Shown: positions 18,901 through 28,338 of the stretch, piece by piece
Numbering within the stretch: the first letter of the stretch is position 1
Layout: each line of letters begins with the position of its first letter
Assembly: GCA_963681965.1 (NCBI GenBank)
Contig: OY820579.1
Span: forward strand, 2,752,001-2,816,000
Source of the DNA: a bacterium
GTDB taxonomy: Bacteria; Electryoneota; JAOADG01
DNA length: 64,000 bases
Reading direction: 5' to 3'
Position numbers and translations under genes: made by a program
Notes under the pieces: generated by a model
Seen by the model: the letters and a program-made list of their open reading frames with translations, nothing else
Told to the model about the DNA's origin: nothing
Database searches by the model: none

Positions 18901-21440
18901 GTGAAGAGCGGTATATCACTTGGAGTAACAATCAAATCTATCGGTATGGTTCTATAGACAGTACGATTTCATTCGGCATTGACATTACCGAACTCCAGCA
19001 TACCCGTCAAAATCTCTTAAAATCCAATCGTGCGCTTCGAATGTTGAGTGATTGTAATCAAGTTTTAATTCGATCTAGCGACGAACTCGATTTATTGAAT
19101 AGAGTATGTCAAGTAATCCATGACGAAGGAAACTATCCAATTGTCAATGTTTCTTACCGTGATCCGAATAATCAAAATGCAATTAATAGCATGATCACGA
19201 TAAGCGAAACCGGAATTGATCGACTTTCCCAGTCGAAGAAGTATCCATTTAGCGAGACATTCAAGCAGGCAATTGAAACGGGAAAAGCGGTAATAAGCAG
19301 CCATCTTATCGAAGAAAGCAACAGATCGCCCCGGCAAACCGAAATAAACACACCAAATTTCACATCATTTGTGTGTCTTCCACTTAATATCGATGGTCGA
19401 TCGATCGGTGCATTAAGTTTGTTTAGCGATCAAGATGGTGCTTTCGACTCGGAAGAAATGCGGTTATTAATTGAATTGGCTGATGATCTCTCCTATGGCA
19501 TCAATTCATTCCGAACCGATTTACAACGACATCGCGCCGAATTAGAGCTACAAGAGCGTGAATATTGGTTGAGTGAATCGCAGCGCGTTTCACGTCTTGG
19601 TTCTTATAATTTCGATATTCCCAACGATTGTTGGAGTTGTTCGCAAGTCTTATCAGATGTATTTGGATTTAAATACGATTATAAAAAGAAAATGCAAGAT
19701 TGGATTGATGCTGTACATCCCGAAGATCGACAAGCAATGATCGACTATTTCAGCAAAGAGGTAGTCGGTAGAAAACAACCTTTCGATCGTGAATACCGCA
19801 TCGTTCGAAAGAGTGATAACGAAATTAGATGGGTTTGGGGGAAAGGACAGATTACTTACGATGCAATGGGCAATCCCATTAATATGATTGGTACTATTCA
19901 GGATATTACCGATCGAAAGCTAGCCGAAATTGCTCGAGCCGAAGCGGATAAGAAACATCGCGACCTCTTCACGCAATCGCGTGACGGTGTCTTTATTACC
20001 AATATCGACGGTACATTTATCGATATAAACGATGCCATGGTTTCGATCGTCGGATTTTCTATTGAAGAGTTGTTGTCGATGAAATCCAGCGATTTATACT
20101 TCAATCCCGAAGAGCGAATTCAATATCAAAAAGAAATCGAGTTAACTGGGTCAGTCTCTGATTATGAGATCAGATTACAGCGGAAAGATGGTAAAATTAT
20201 TACTTGTCAGTTATCTGCAAATGTTCGCCATGGCGATAGTGGACAAATCATCGGTTATCAAGGCTTTTGTCACGATATCAGCTCTCGAAAACAAATTCAA
20301 GAACAATTGGTACAATCGCAGAAGATGGAAGCAATCGGTAGATTGGCAAGTGGTGTAGCGCACGACTTCAATAACTTGTTAACGATAATAACTGGCAATG
20401 CCGAATTGATGAATCTGAGCATCGATCAAACAAACCCGTTACGCGAGCGGTTGGCAAGTATCATCGAAACGGTTACACGAGCTACTGCACTGACCCGGCA
20501 ACTATTGCTCTTCAGCCGAAAAAATCAACAAGAACTCGAGATCGTCAATCTCAACGATATTATTCACGGAATTGTCAAAATGCTTCAGCGATTGATCGGT
20601 GAAAATATCGATCTGATTGTCGAGACATATAGTGGGTTACCCAATATTGAAGCCGATCCCCGACAAATCGAACAAATTATCATGAATCTGGTAATCAACT
20701 CGCGCGATGCGATGACTGACGACGGTGAATTGACAATTTCAACAAACGTTTTCGAATCCGCAGAATCAAAGGATTCGATGACCGGGAATCAAACACCAAT
20801 TTGCTACAGTGTGTTAACCGTTCACGATACTGGAGTTGGGATGTCGTCCGAGGTGCTTGCTTGTGCAACCGAACCGTTTTTTACGACCAAACCTGAAGGG
20901 AAAGGAACCGGTCTAGGTCTGTCAACCGTTCAAAGTATTGTCCAACAGTTGAATGGTAAATTGGAAATCGAAAGTGAAATAAATATCGGAACTACAATCA
21001 AGGTTTTTATCCCCGCTGTTGCGGTTAATCCGATTCCCAAAGTCAACAAAGTCGAAGAAAAAAGTGCCGGTCGAAATGAACTGATATTGGTCGTTGAAGA
21101 TGAAGAAGCGATTCGCGATCTGCTCCATTTTATTTTAACCCAGCACGGATACCGCGTGCTTCGGGCAGCAAACGGAGTTGAAGCATTGCAAATTCTTGAG
21201 CAAGACGATCAAACAGTCGATGCGGTCATATCCGATGTTGTTATGCCACAAATGGGCGGTGTTAAGTTATTGGAAAAAATGAGGGAAAAATTTAGTAACG
21301 TGAAAGTGCTCTTTATGTCGGGATATACCACCGAAGAATCAATTCAATCGATTCAAGATAGTGGATTTCCGATTATCATGAAGCCGTTTAACACCAAGCA
21401 TGTGCTGTCGGAATTGCGCAAAATTATTGATGGCGAGTAG
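15936..21440 (+). CDS. hybrid sensor histidine kinase (periplasmic sensor, multiple PAS, 2 GAF, HisKA, HATPase, receiver)
   Basis: Two TM helices; PAS/PAC motifs (THPD, VHPED, DITE); SQKMEAIGRLASGVAHDFNNLL; NLVINSRDA; EPFFTTK..GKGTGLGL; VVEDE..SDVVMP. Confidence 0.95.
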   Translation: MNRVGYGSSKIRIVVITLVFTIAILCLGIAFIYFQESSFRKQSELELSAIADLKAKQLVEWRQERIDDAESIILNHELINNFANLIEHSQIESIRNQIKNWLSIMSWSTMYEEILITDSNGIILVSEPSDHNAGKQYDIQSSHTETHKDSIRVVDFYRSSNGNIYIEFQIPIYSKKIADQNKLLGLIILKVNAANFIYPELQEFPIPSASAECLLVRRDGDSVVYLNELRHRKNTALQLKFALRDTALPAVKVVLGRRGICEDTDYRHVKVIAALREIPSSPWFLVTKIDSKEINQSLRYSETILSVALLLLIGAVWAIFAVIVGKLRLHDVQNRLDREQERSELLYQIESLMRYANDSIFLLDSGFSIIDANLSAQTAFNVSQDAMIGKNFTVLFGKYIDIDFQTVLLISGDAKETTWEADIRDRNSIVYPAELTLTTISHNRHRVYQLVICDISDRKKWQNALIKSSEEISDLYNNAPCGYHSIDSDGYIVRINDTELSWLGYSREEIVNQIRFVDLLTEASRGLFLERFEYLKTDSEIQNIELSLIRKDGLILPVLHNASALKTEDGKFILSRSTIFDLTERKKIEAVLLESEERFRRAFEEGPLGVVLVDPQLNFIKVNQAFAQIVGYTTEEIESMSVKDITHPDYYENDVVNVIKLHEQKISIYKTEKVYIHKDGHFIWVSLTVTPIRSADGKKSYQLGMIEDITEKKLNEARLYRSNRSLRMLSDCNQVLIRAKSEVELIQKIGHTIYTRGGYPIVAVMYIDQEDRNRLKIVTSSSDEEIYRNDAKLVWEATDLVNTPFYQAMKERTHVIWSKDDDFNSSIWWSEAEKFNFSYSISLPMYEFGHLIGVLNICSNDSLAFHDEEELKLLLELTDDLSFGISMQRVEVTRNLIEADLKAANEFTVDLIRTANTMIIGMSMNGRISIFNEAAEKISGYSIDDLQCKNWIEVLIPRDVYPDVWLEFQKLSQGGIPKQFDSPILTKHGEERYITWSNNQIYRYGSIDSTISFGIDITELQHTRQNLLKSNRALRMLSDCNQVLIRSSDELDLLNRVCQVIHDEGNYPIVNVSYRDPNNQNAINSMITISETGIDRLSQSKKYPFSETFKQAIETGKAVISSHLIEESNRSPRQTEINTPNFTSFVCLPLNIDGRSIGALSLFSDQDGAFDSEEMRLLIELADDLSYGINSFRTDLQRHRAELELQEREYWLSESQRVSRLGSYNFDIPNDCWSCSQVLSDVFGFKYDYKKKMQDWIDAVHPEDRQAMIDYFSKEVVGRKQPFDREYRIVRKSDNEIRWVWGKGQITYDAMGNPINMIGTIQDITDRKLAEIARAEADKKHRDLFTQSRDGVFITNIDGTFIDINDAMVSIVGFSIEELLSMKSSDLYFNPEERIQYQKEIELTGSVSDYEIRLQRKDGKIITCQLSANVRHGDSGQIIGYQGFCHDISSRKQIQEQLVQSQKMEAIGRLASGVAHDFNNLLTIITGNAELMNLSIDQTNPLRERLASIIETVTRATALTRQLLLFSRKNQQELEIVNLNDIIHGIVKMLQRLIGENIDLIVETYSGLPNIEADPRQIEQIIMNLVINSRDAMTDDGELTISTNVFESAESKDSMTGNQTPICYSVLTVHDTGVGMSSEVLACATEPFFTTKPEGKGTGLGLSTVQSIVQQLNGKLEIESEINIGTTIKVFIPAVAVNPIPKVNKVEEKSAGRNELILVVEDEEAIRDLLHFILTQHGYRVLRAANGVEALQILEQDDQTVDAVISDVVMPQMGGVKLLEKMREKFSNVKVLFMSGYTTEESIQSIQDSGFPIIMKPFNTKHVLSELRKIIDGE

Positions 21441-22012
21441 TGTTCGAGGTTCTAGTTCACTTTCGATCAGACGAAACAGGATATTAGCTGTGTCAATGCT
21501 TGATCGCGCGGATTATCAGGAATAAAGGTGAAATTGATAATTTCTGGTATCCCTCCTGATCGACTCTTAGAAAATTCTCGGTTGGTCGTGGTTCGACAAT
21601 TTGCTCGATACAAAAGCCAGCAGATAATATCGGAGAAATCATATCCTGCAGTGGTCGACGGTAATATTGAATGGGAAATCCCCAATCATCCTGGATGCAA
21701 ATAGTTTTGAAATAATTATCCACTCTGAAAATTCTCCAGTCGGCAAATGGATGGTGAGTAGAAAAGAGCAAAGTGCCGTTCACCTTGAGGACGCGATAAA
21801 ATTCTTTGAGTGGACCTGACCATTCTTTTAAATAATGCATGGTTAAAGAAGAAAACACACAATCGAAACTCTTCGATTCTAACCACGTTAAAGGAGTTTG
21901 TAGATCCCACAATCGATAATTCACTCTTGAACCCAGTCGTGTTCTAGTGATCTAGCCCCCGAAAGTAGTACCACTCTCTATGTCAGAGTAGTACCTTTTA
22001 TGGGAGGTTTTC

Positions 22013-22288
22013 ATGCGTGGAGTGAAGCGAACTGCGGAGCAGATTATCCCGATGCTTCGTGAAGCGGAAGTTGAGATTGGGAAGGGGATGAGCGTCCGTG
22101 AAGTTTGCCGGAAGTTGGGCATCCAGGAACATACTTACTACCACTGGCGCAAGGAATACGGTGGTTTGAAGCTGGATCAGGCGAAGCGTTTGAAGGAACT
22201 GGAACGCGAGAATGGCCGTCTTCGGAAGGTCGTATCTGATCTGACCTTGGACAAAGAGATCCTGCAGGAGGCTCTCAAGGGAAAATAG
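22013..22288 (+). CDS. IS3 transposase OrfA (outer element)
   Basis: EQIIPMLREAE..VCRKLGI..TYYHWRKEYGG..RLKELERENGRL; ends in slippery-like GGGAAAA. Confidence 0.9.
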   Translation: MRGVKRTAEQIIPMLREAEVEIGKGMSVREVCRKLGIQEHTYYHWRKEYGGLKLDQAKRLKELERENGRLRKVVSDLTLDKEILQEALKGK

Positions 22289-22510
22289 TGTGCCCGGCGA
22301 AGCGTCGCGAGACTGCGCTTACTGTTCGCCATTCGCTGGGCATTGATCGGGTCTCGGAACGACGGGTCTGTACGGTTCTTTGCGAACCACGAACGAGTCA
22401 CCGGTATGCACCGCTTCGTCGTGCCGACGATGAAGTGGTCCCGTTTTCCTGGACAGTTTGTTAGTTAGATTGCTTTGCCCGATATTTTGACAGCAAGCAG
22501 GGAGTTTACA

Positions 22511-22813
22511 ATGTCGGGATTACGACGGACCTTATCGCCTGATTTCAAGGCGAAGGTAGCATTAGCAGCCCTCAAGGGTGACAAGACGGTATCGGAACTG
22601 GCGAGTATGTATCAGGTTCATCCGAATCAGATCAGCCAGTGGAAGAGGCAGCTTTTGGATCATGCTGCATCGGTGTTTGGCAAGACCGAGTCGTCAGGAA
22701 GTGAAGAAGTAGACCTTAAGGAGCTTCGCGCCAAGATTGGCCAGTTAACGATGGAGAACGATTTTTTGTCACGGGGGCTCAGTCGCTTGGGCGTTCTGAG
22801 CGTGAAGCGCTGA
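22511..22813 (+). CDS. IS3 transposase OrfA (inner element)
   Basis: FKAKVALAAL..TVSELA..YQVHPNQISQWK; T6 run at 22762-67 is a candidate frameshift site. Confidence 0.9.
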   Translation: MSGLRRTLSPDFKAKVALAALKGDKTVSELASMYQVHPNQISQWKRQLLDHAASVFGKTESSGSEEVDLKELRAKIGQLTMENDFLSRGLSRLGVLSVKR

Positions 22814-22836
22814 TCGATCCGGGTGCCCGTTTACCG

Positions 22837-23646
22837 TTGGTTCAGCAGTGTTCTTTGATCAAGGTTCCACGCAGCAGTTACTACTATCGCCCTGTTCCGC
22901 TTGATTCGAACAAATTGATGCTGTTGCGAACGCTGGATGAGCTTCACCTGAAGGTTCCGTTCTACGGTGCCCGTAAACTGGTGGTGGAGTTATCGAAGCA
23001 GGGTATCGATGTTGGTCGGAAAAAGGTTCGTTCCTTGCTACGCATCCTCGGTCTGGAAGCATTGTACCGCAAGCCGCGTACGACGGTTCCTGACAAGGAA
23101 CACAAGATTTATCCGTACCTGCTTCGCGATATTGTGGTAGATCGGGCGAATCAAGTGTGGGCAACCGATATCACGTACATCCCATTGGCTCGGGGTTTTG
23201 TGTATCTGGTGGCGGTGATCGATTGGTACAGCCGGAAAGTACTGTCGTGGCGACTTTCGAATACGCTGGACACCGATTTCTGTGTGGAAGCGCTGACGGA
23301 AGCATTGTCGAAGTATGGGAAGCCTGAGATCTTCAACAGCGATCAAGGGTGTCAGTTTACCAGCATCGCATTTACGGATGTTTTGAAAGAGGCAGGCGTT
23401 CGGATCAGTATGGATGGTAAAGGTCGGTGGATGGATAACCGTTTTGTCGAACGGTTGTGGAAGTCGTTGAAGTACGAGGAAGTATACTTGAAAGGGTACG
23501 ATTCAGTTCGCATTGCAGAGCGTAGCATCGGTGAGTATTTTTCGTTCTACAACAGCGAACGTTCGCACCAAGGCTTGGGCTATCAAACCCCAGATGAAGT
23601 CTACACCGATAGTCTAAGAAATCTTTCTTGTCAGGCAGCTGCCTGA
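22837..23646 (+). CDS. IS3 transposase OrfB, DDE domain (inner element)
   Basis: [34 protein letters not shown]. Confidence 0.92.
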   Translation: MVQQCSLIKVPRSSYYYRPVPLDSNKLMLLRTLDELHLKVPFYGARKLVVELSKQGIDVGRKKVRSLLRILGLEALYRKPRTTVPDKEHKIYPYLLRDIVVDRANQVWATDITYIPLARGFVYLVAVIDWYSRKVLSWRLSNTLDTDFCVEALTEALSKYGKPEIFNSDQGCQFTSIAFTDVLKEAGVRISMDGKGRWMDNRFVERLWKSLKYEEVYLKGYDSVRIAERSIGEYFSFYNSERSHQGLGYQTPDEVYTDSLRNLSCQAAA

Positions 23647-24792
23647 CAAGAAACAGCAGACAGTGGGCGGTGCAATCTAACTAAGATTCGCACAAAACTG
23701 TCCAAACTGAGGGTACCACCTCACGAAGGCCCGTTGGTCTCGCTGGTGGTATTTCTGGCTTGCCAGTATGGCGGGTATGGCTACCGGATCGTAACGGCGA
23801 TGATCCGTAACATCGGCTGGCGGGTAAACCACAAACGGGTGGAACGGATCTGGCGACAGTCCGGACTGAAGGTCCCGAAGAAGCAGAAGAAGCGTCGAAG
23901 ACTGTGGCTGAATGATGGTTCCTGCATCCGTCTACGTCCGGAACATCCGGATCATGTCTGGAGCTTCGACTTTGTCACGTGGCATACGTCGAATGGTCGT
24001 TCGTTCAAGATCTTTGCGATCATGGACGAATACACCCGGGAATGCCTTGCGATCCTGGTAGCCCGGAAGATCAAGGCGGATGATGTTCTTTGCGTACTGG
24101 AAGAACTGTTTGTAGTACGAGGTACACCGATTCATGTTCGTAGTGACAATGGCCCTGAGTTTACGGCGAATGAGGTACTAGCGTGGCTGCCCCGGGTTGA
24201 TGTGCAACCCTTGTTTATTACGCCTGGCAGCCCGTGGGAAAACGGATACATCGAAAGTTTTAACTGTCGGTTGAAACTGTTGCTGAAGGGTGAAATCTTT
24301 GATACCATATTGGAAGCAAAGGTGATTATCGAACAATGGCGGCACCATTACAATACGATTCGACCGCACAGCTCTTTGGGCTATCTGCCGCCGGCACCGG
24401 AAACAGAGTTACCACTCATTCCTGCTCCGCTACGCTACGCAGGAATGAGACCAGTGTGACATAGACACTGGTACAAATAATGGGGGCAGATCACTAGCAT
24501 TCGCTAGCATTTTCTCGCTTGCATCCACAATGGTTACCGAAGCATTGGAATTCGCAAAGTGCTCGGAATACCAACCATTACCACAGCCAGCATCCATAAT
24601 TGTTTTTCCTGACAGTTCTGGAAGCAATTCCAGCATTGCTGGACGTTCGTAGTATGCATTGTAAGGTTTCTGATCGAGACCGCCATTGTACTTCTCGGCA
24701 AACTCGTCGTATTGACCGGGAGAAAAATCAGGTTCTTCCATAATTTGCTTTCCTATGCCGTGACATTTTTTTTTAAAATCATTCGCTCTAAC

Positions 24793-24821
24793 AAAAAAGC
24801 CGACCGCGAAGTCGGCTTTTT
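24793..24821 (-). terminator. intrinsic terminator of citrate synthase
   Basis: AAAAAAGCCGAC-CGCGAA-GTCGGCTTTTT. Confidence 0.85.
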
Positions 24822-24842
24822 CGGATAGATTGGAGCGAGTAA

Positions 24843-26132
24843 TTATTCGCCTGCGGCTTTTTTGCCTGCGGCAAACAACCACTTGGTCGTGACGGACTTC
24901 GGTCGTTCGATCGGTGCACCCATTGCACGGGCAAGTACCATCTGGGCGCCCATACCGAGTACACGGGAAACCGAGAACAGTACGGTATAGTACGAGAATT
25001 CGCGGAGACCGTAGTGATAAATCAACGAACCGCTGGCGGCGTCTACGTTTGGCCATGGATCCTTGATCTTCTGGATGGTCTTGAGAATGTCCGGTACCGT
25101 GTCGAACGTCAATGCGACGGTCTGGAATACTGGATCTTCCGGGCATTTTTCGTGACCGAATGCCTTGAACATCTTGAAGCGTGGGTCGACCACGCGAAGA
25201 ACCGCATGACCGTAACCGGGGATAACACGACCGGAACTCAGGGTTTCGGTTGCTTCCTTCTGCAGAGCTTCCTTCGAGGGGGTGCCACCGAATTTCTCAT
25301 TGATGCTGAGCACCCAATTGAGGCATTCTTGATTGGCAAGACCGTGTAACGGACCGGCAAGACCGTTCAAACCGGCGCTGATCGCGTAATATGGATCGGA
25401 CAATGCACTGGCGACGAGGTGACTGGTGTGTGCAGATACGTTGCCACTTTCATGGTCGCAGTGAAGAACCATATAAAGCTGCATCAGTTTGAAGAAATCG
25501 GCATTATCGAAGCCCATCATGTGTGCATAGTCGGCTGCCCAGTCAAGTTTCGGATTCGAAGCGATCTTGGCACCCTTGTTGTATTTCTTGCGATAGATCC
25601 AAGCGGAAATTTCGCCGACGGTCGCAACGATATCCAACACGTCTTCCAGCGCATATTTCCAGTATTCGGTCTTGGGCACGCCCTTGTCATATGCTGCACG
25701 GAACTTGGATTCTTTTTCCATGGCGAGAATTGCACAGTCAAGCATCGCCATCGGGTGGTGGTCGTCTTTTTCTTCGAACTGGTCGAGAATATTCCACACG
25801 TACTGCGGAACTTTCGAACGGGCTTTGAGGTCGGCTTGCAGGTCTGCCAATTCTTCTGCGTTCGGGAATTCACCGGTCAACATTAACCAGAAAATTTCTT
25901 CGGGAAGTTTGTCGCCAAGCTCTTCGAGCTTGATACCGCGAATGATAAGACCGTAGTTCGGATCGACTTCGGAAGTATCGCAAATCAAGGATTTGATACC
26001 GCGCATGCCGCCGTAAATCTGTTCCGCTTTAACCGTGTCAAGTTGCACTTGACCGTATTTTGCGTTGAATTCTTTCATTTCAGCGCGCAGCGTCGGAATT
26101 TGACCAGCGAGCTTATCGAATAACTTACTCAT
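24843..26132 (-). CDS. gltA: citrate synthase, eukaryotic/mitochondrial type
   Basis: YGGMRGIK, DHESGNVSAH, NGLAGPLHGLANQE, IPGYGHAVLR, PWPNVDAASG, IERPKS; ATG 26132 with GGAG. Confidence 0.93.
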   Translation of the reverse strand: MSKLFDKLAGQIPTLRAEMKEFNAKYGQVQLDTVKAEQIYGGMRGIKSLICDTSEVDPNYGLIIRGIKLEELGDKLPEEIFWLMLTGEFPNAEELADLQADLKARSKVPQYVWNILDQFEEKDDHHPMAMLDCAILAMEKESKFRAAYDKGVPKTEYWKYALEDVLDIVATVGEISAWIYRKKYNKGAKIASNPKLDWAADYAHMMGFDNADFFKLMQLYMVLHCDHESGNVSAHTSHLVASALSDPYYAISAGLNGLAGPLHGLANQECLNWVLSINEKFGGTPSKEALQKEATETLSSGRVIPGYGHAVLRVVDPRFKMFKAFGHEKCPEDPVFQTVALTFDTVPDILKTIQKIKDPWPNVDAASGSLIYHYGLREFSYYTVLFSVSRVLGMGAQMVLARAMGAPIERPKSVTTKWLFAAGKKAAGE

Positions 26133-26569
26133 ATTATAACTCCAATAATTGGGGTAGGTGTTGCGCCTGTCTGTTGGAACAACACACGTGATAAGAAGGA
26201 AAACCGGAGCACCGGTAGGGTGCAATCAAGATCACGAAAAGAGAATTGCTTGCGTCCATGATTGGTTCCACTACGGTCTAAAAAAGCTTGAAAATCTCCG
26301 GTGCCGCTGTGCGAGCATCAAAGCGATTAGCAGCCTAGCAATATACAGTAAAAAACATGTTCTCAACAAGTGACAAATTTTACGAAAATTCTTATATGTT
26401 ATTAATAATTAATATATTGATTTTATCTACTGAATCAGCGTATCGGATCAAATTCTGCTCTGAATTGCTCCCTATTTTCACAGACTTCAGTATTATTGAA
26501 GCCCAAATGGTAATTTAATCACAGAACCGCTAAATAATCCTAGGATTACCTTCTCCACCTTATCATATA

Positions 26570-26598
26570 TTGACAATGCTACGGCAATGCTATATATT
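26570..26598 (+). promoter_or_regulatory. sigma70-like promoter
   Basis: TTGACA, 17 nt, TATATT upstream of the Lrp gene. Confidence 0.75.
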
Positions 26599-26640
26599 AT
26601 ACTTAGTAGTCAATTAATACTTATATATTATAGGTGAACA

Positions 26641-27114
26641 ATGGACGCTATCGATTTGAAAATTCTCGAAATACTGCAGCAAAACGGTCGTGCTACTCAA
26701 TTGGAAATTGCCCAGAAAGTAGCATTGTCACAACCTGCTGTCGCGGAACGGATTCGTAAATTGGAGGAGCGCGGTATCATCAAAGGGTATACCGCTGTGA
26801 TTGACGCTTCACGGGTAGGTAAGGACATTACCGCATTCGTATCGGTAGGGATCGAGCACCCGAAATACTTCGACAAATTCACGGAAACGATTCGCTCACT
26901 TCCCGAAGTATTGGAATGTCACCGGGTCGCCGGTCAAGAATCGTACATCCTGAAAATCAAAACCGACAATACGAAGAGTCTTGACCGATTATTGGTCGAG
27001 ACGATTCGAACCATCAAAGGTGTAACGCAGACCGTTACTACCATCGTACTCTCGTCGATCAAAGAAGAGACCTTAGTACACATAAGTGCTGCCGCTAAAC
27101 GGAGTGAACAATGA
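26641..27114 (+). CDS. Lrp/AsnC family regulator
   Basis: MDAIDLKILEILQQNGR..LSQPAVAERIRKLEERGIIKGY; PEVLECHRVAG. Confidence 0.95.
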   Translation: MDAIDLKILEILQQNGRATQLEIAQKVALSQPAVAERIRKLEERGIIKGYTAVIDASRVGKDITAFVSVGIEHPKYFDKFTETIRSLPEVLECHRVAGQESYILKIKTDNTKSLDRLLVETIRTIKGVTQTVTTIVLSSIKEETLVHISAAAKRSEQ

Positions 27115-28322
27115 GTAGCTTATTGACCAGTTCCTCTAGAACATACAGTGAGATTGTCCTATCCCATAGAATGAATGGCATCAAGTCGTCAGCAGTGCGC
27201 GAAATTTTAAAGGTGACAGAACATCCGGAAATAATTTCGTTTGCCGGTGGTTTACCGGCACCGGAGTATTTTCCCGTCGATGCAATCGCTGCTGCGTTTC
27301 AATATGTTTTAAGCCATGATGGTGCCGCATCGCTTCAGTACAGTACTACTGAGGGGTTCCCGCAACTTCGGAAAGCAATTTCGGATCGGCTCAATCGTCA
27401 AGGAGGATCAACGACTCCCGATGATCTACTGATCACCAACGGATCGCAGCAAGGGCTTGATCTAATAGCCAAAGTCTTGATTAATCCCAGTGATGTTATT
27501 GTTGTCGAGAATCCCAGTTATCTGGCGGCATTGCAAGCGTTTGGTTTCTACGAAGCGCAATTCGCAGTAGTCGAAAGTGATGACGAAGGAATGATCGTCG
27601 ATGATCTCGAAGCAATTGTGTTACAAAATTCTCCCAAAATGCTATATGTCGTACCGAACTATAATAATCCTACTGGTCGTACTCTTACGCTCTCACGTCG
27701 TATTGAATTAGTGCGTCTAGCACAAAAATATCGCTTTATCATTCTGGAAGACAATCCATACGGCGAGCTTTGTTTTGATGGCGATCCACTTCCATCGCTG
27801 GCGTCATTAGATAATCAGGGTGTGGTAGTGTCGTTGGGTACTTTTTCGAAAACCTTTGCGCCGGGACTGCGGGTTGGGTGGTTGTCGGGACCGACTAAGT
27901 TGGTGAAAGCGATGACGGTAGCCAAACAATCTACCGATTTGCATACATCATCCATTTCACAGCGTGTCATCGCTCATCTTTTGGCGACATTCGATTACGA
28001 AGGACACATTGCACAACTGCGAAAAGTTTATGGCGAGCGTGCTCAGGCGATGATTTCCACGTTAGAAACGGCATTACCCAAAGGAAGTAAGTGGAGCAGA
28101 CCGAAAGGTGGGATGTTTGTTTGGGTTCAATTACCGACCGGTTACGATACCGATCGAATTCTCGAGATGGCTATCGAAAACAAGATTGCTTTTGTTCCGG
28201 GACGCTCTTTTTTCGCGAATGAACCGCAAATCGAGTGCATGCGATTGAATTTTTCCAATCAGCCAGTTGAGAAAATTACAGAGGGAATCAAGCGTTTGGG
28301 ATTGATCTTACAAGATTGTTAA
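27111..28322 (+). CDS. PLP-dependent class I aminotransferase (LysN/2-aminoadipate transaminase-like)
   Basis: ISFAGGLP, NGSQQGLD, NPTG, EDNPY, GTFSKTFAPGLRVGW. Confidence 0.88.
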   Translation: MSSLLTSSSRTYSEIVLSHRMNGIKSSAVREILKVTEHPEIISFAGGLPAPEYFPVDAIAAAFQYVLSHDGAASLQYSTTEGFPQLRKAISDRLNRQGGSTTPDDLLITNGSQQGLDLIAKVLINPSDVIVVENPSYLAALQAFGFYEAQFAVVESDDEGMIVDDLEAIVLQNSPKMLYVVPNYNNPTGRTLTLSRRIELVRLAQKYRFIILEDNPYGELCFDGDPLPSLASLDNQGVVVSLGTFSKTFAPGLRVGWLSGPTKLVKAMTVAKQSTDLHTSSISQRVIAHLLATFDYEGHIAQLRKVYGERAQAMISTLETALPKGSKWSRPKGGMFVWVQLPTGYDTDRILEMAIENKIAFVPGRSFFANEPQIECMRLNFSNQPVEKITEGIKRLGLILQDC

Positions 28323-28338
28323 AGGTAGCGATCGATAT

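Larger units (their letters stand above)
22431..23723 (+). mobile_element. second, different IS3-family element (1293 bp) nested in the first
   Basis: IRL TGAAGTGGTCCC..TGGACAGTTTGT, IRR(rc) TGAGGTGGTACCC..TGGACAGTTTTGT; 3-bp duplication CGA (22428-30, 23724-26). Confidence 0.95.
22288..24459 (+). pseudogene. IS3 OrfB (outer element) split by inner IS
   Basis: 22288-22430 plus 23724-24459 match intact OrfB at 45533-44658; WSFDF, RSDNGPEF, SPWENGYIESFN. Confidence 0.9.
21948..24493 (+). mobile_element. IS3-family element (IS407-like), 1250 bp when intact, here disrupted
   Basis: IRL TGATCTAGCCCCCG..GTACCACTCTCTATGTCA, IRR(rc) TGATCTGCCCCCA..GTACCAGTGTCTATGTCA; 4-bp target duplication CTAG (21944-47, 24494-97). 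Confidence 0.95.
21493..24741 (-). pseudogene. class I SAM methyltransferase interrupted by nested IS3 elements
   Basis: 5' half 24741-24494 (YERPAM, MDAGCGNG) and 3' half 21943-21493 (FDCVFSSLTMHY, RVLKVNG) join in frame as ...ANARTRLGSRVNY... into a 232-aa ORF. Confidence 0.92.

Noticed and set aside
24430-25146. 238-aa ORF as a real gene
   Set aside because: Chimera of off-frame citrate synthase sequence, the methyltransferase 5' half and IS end
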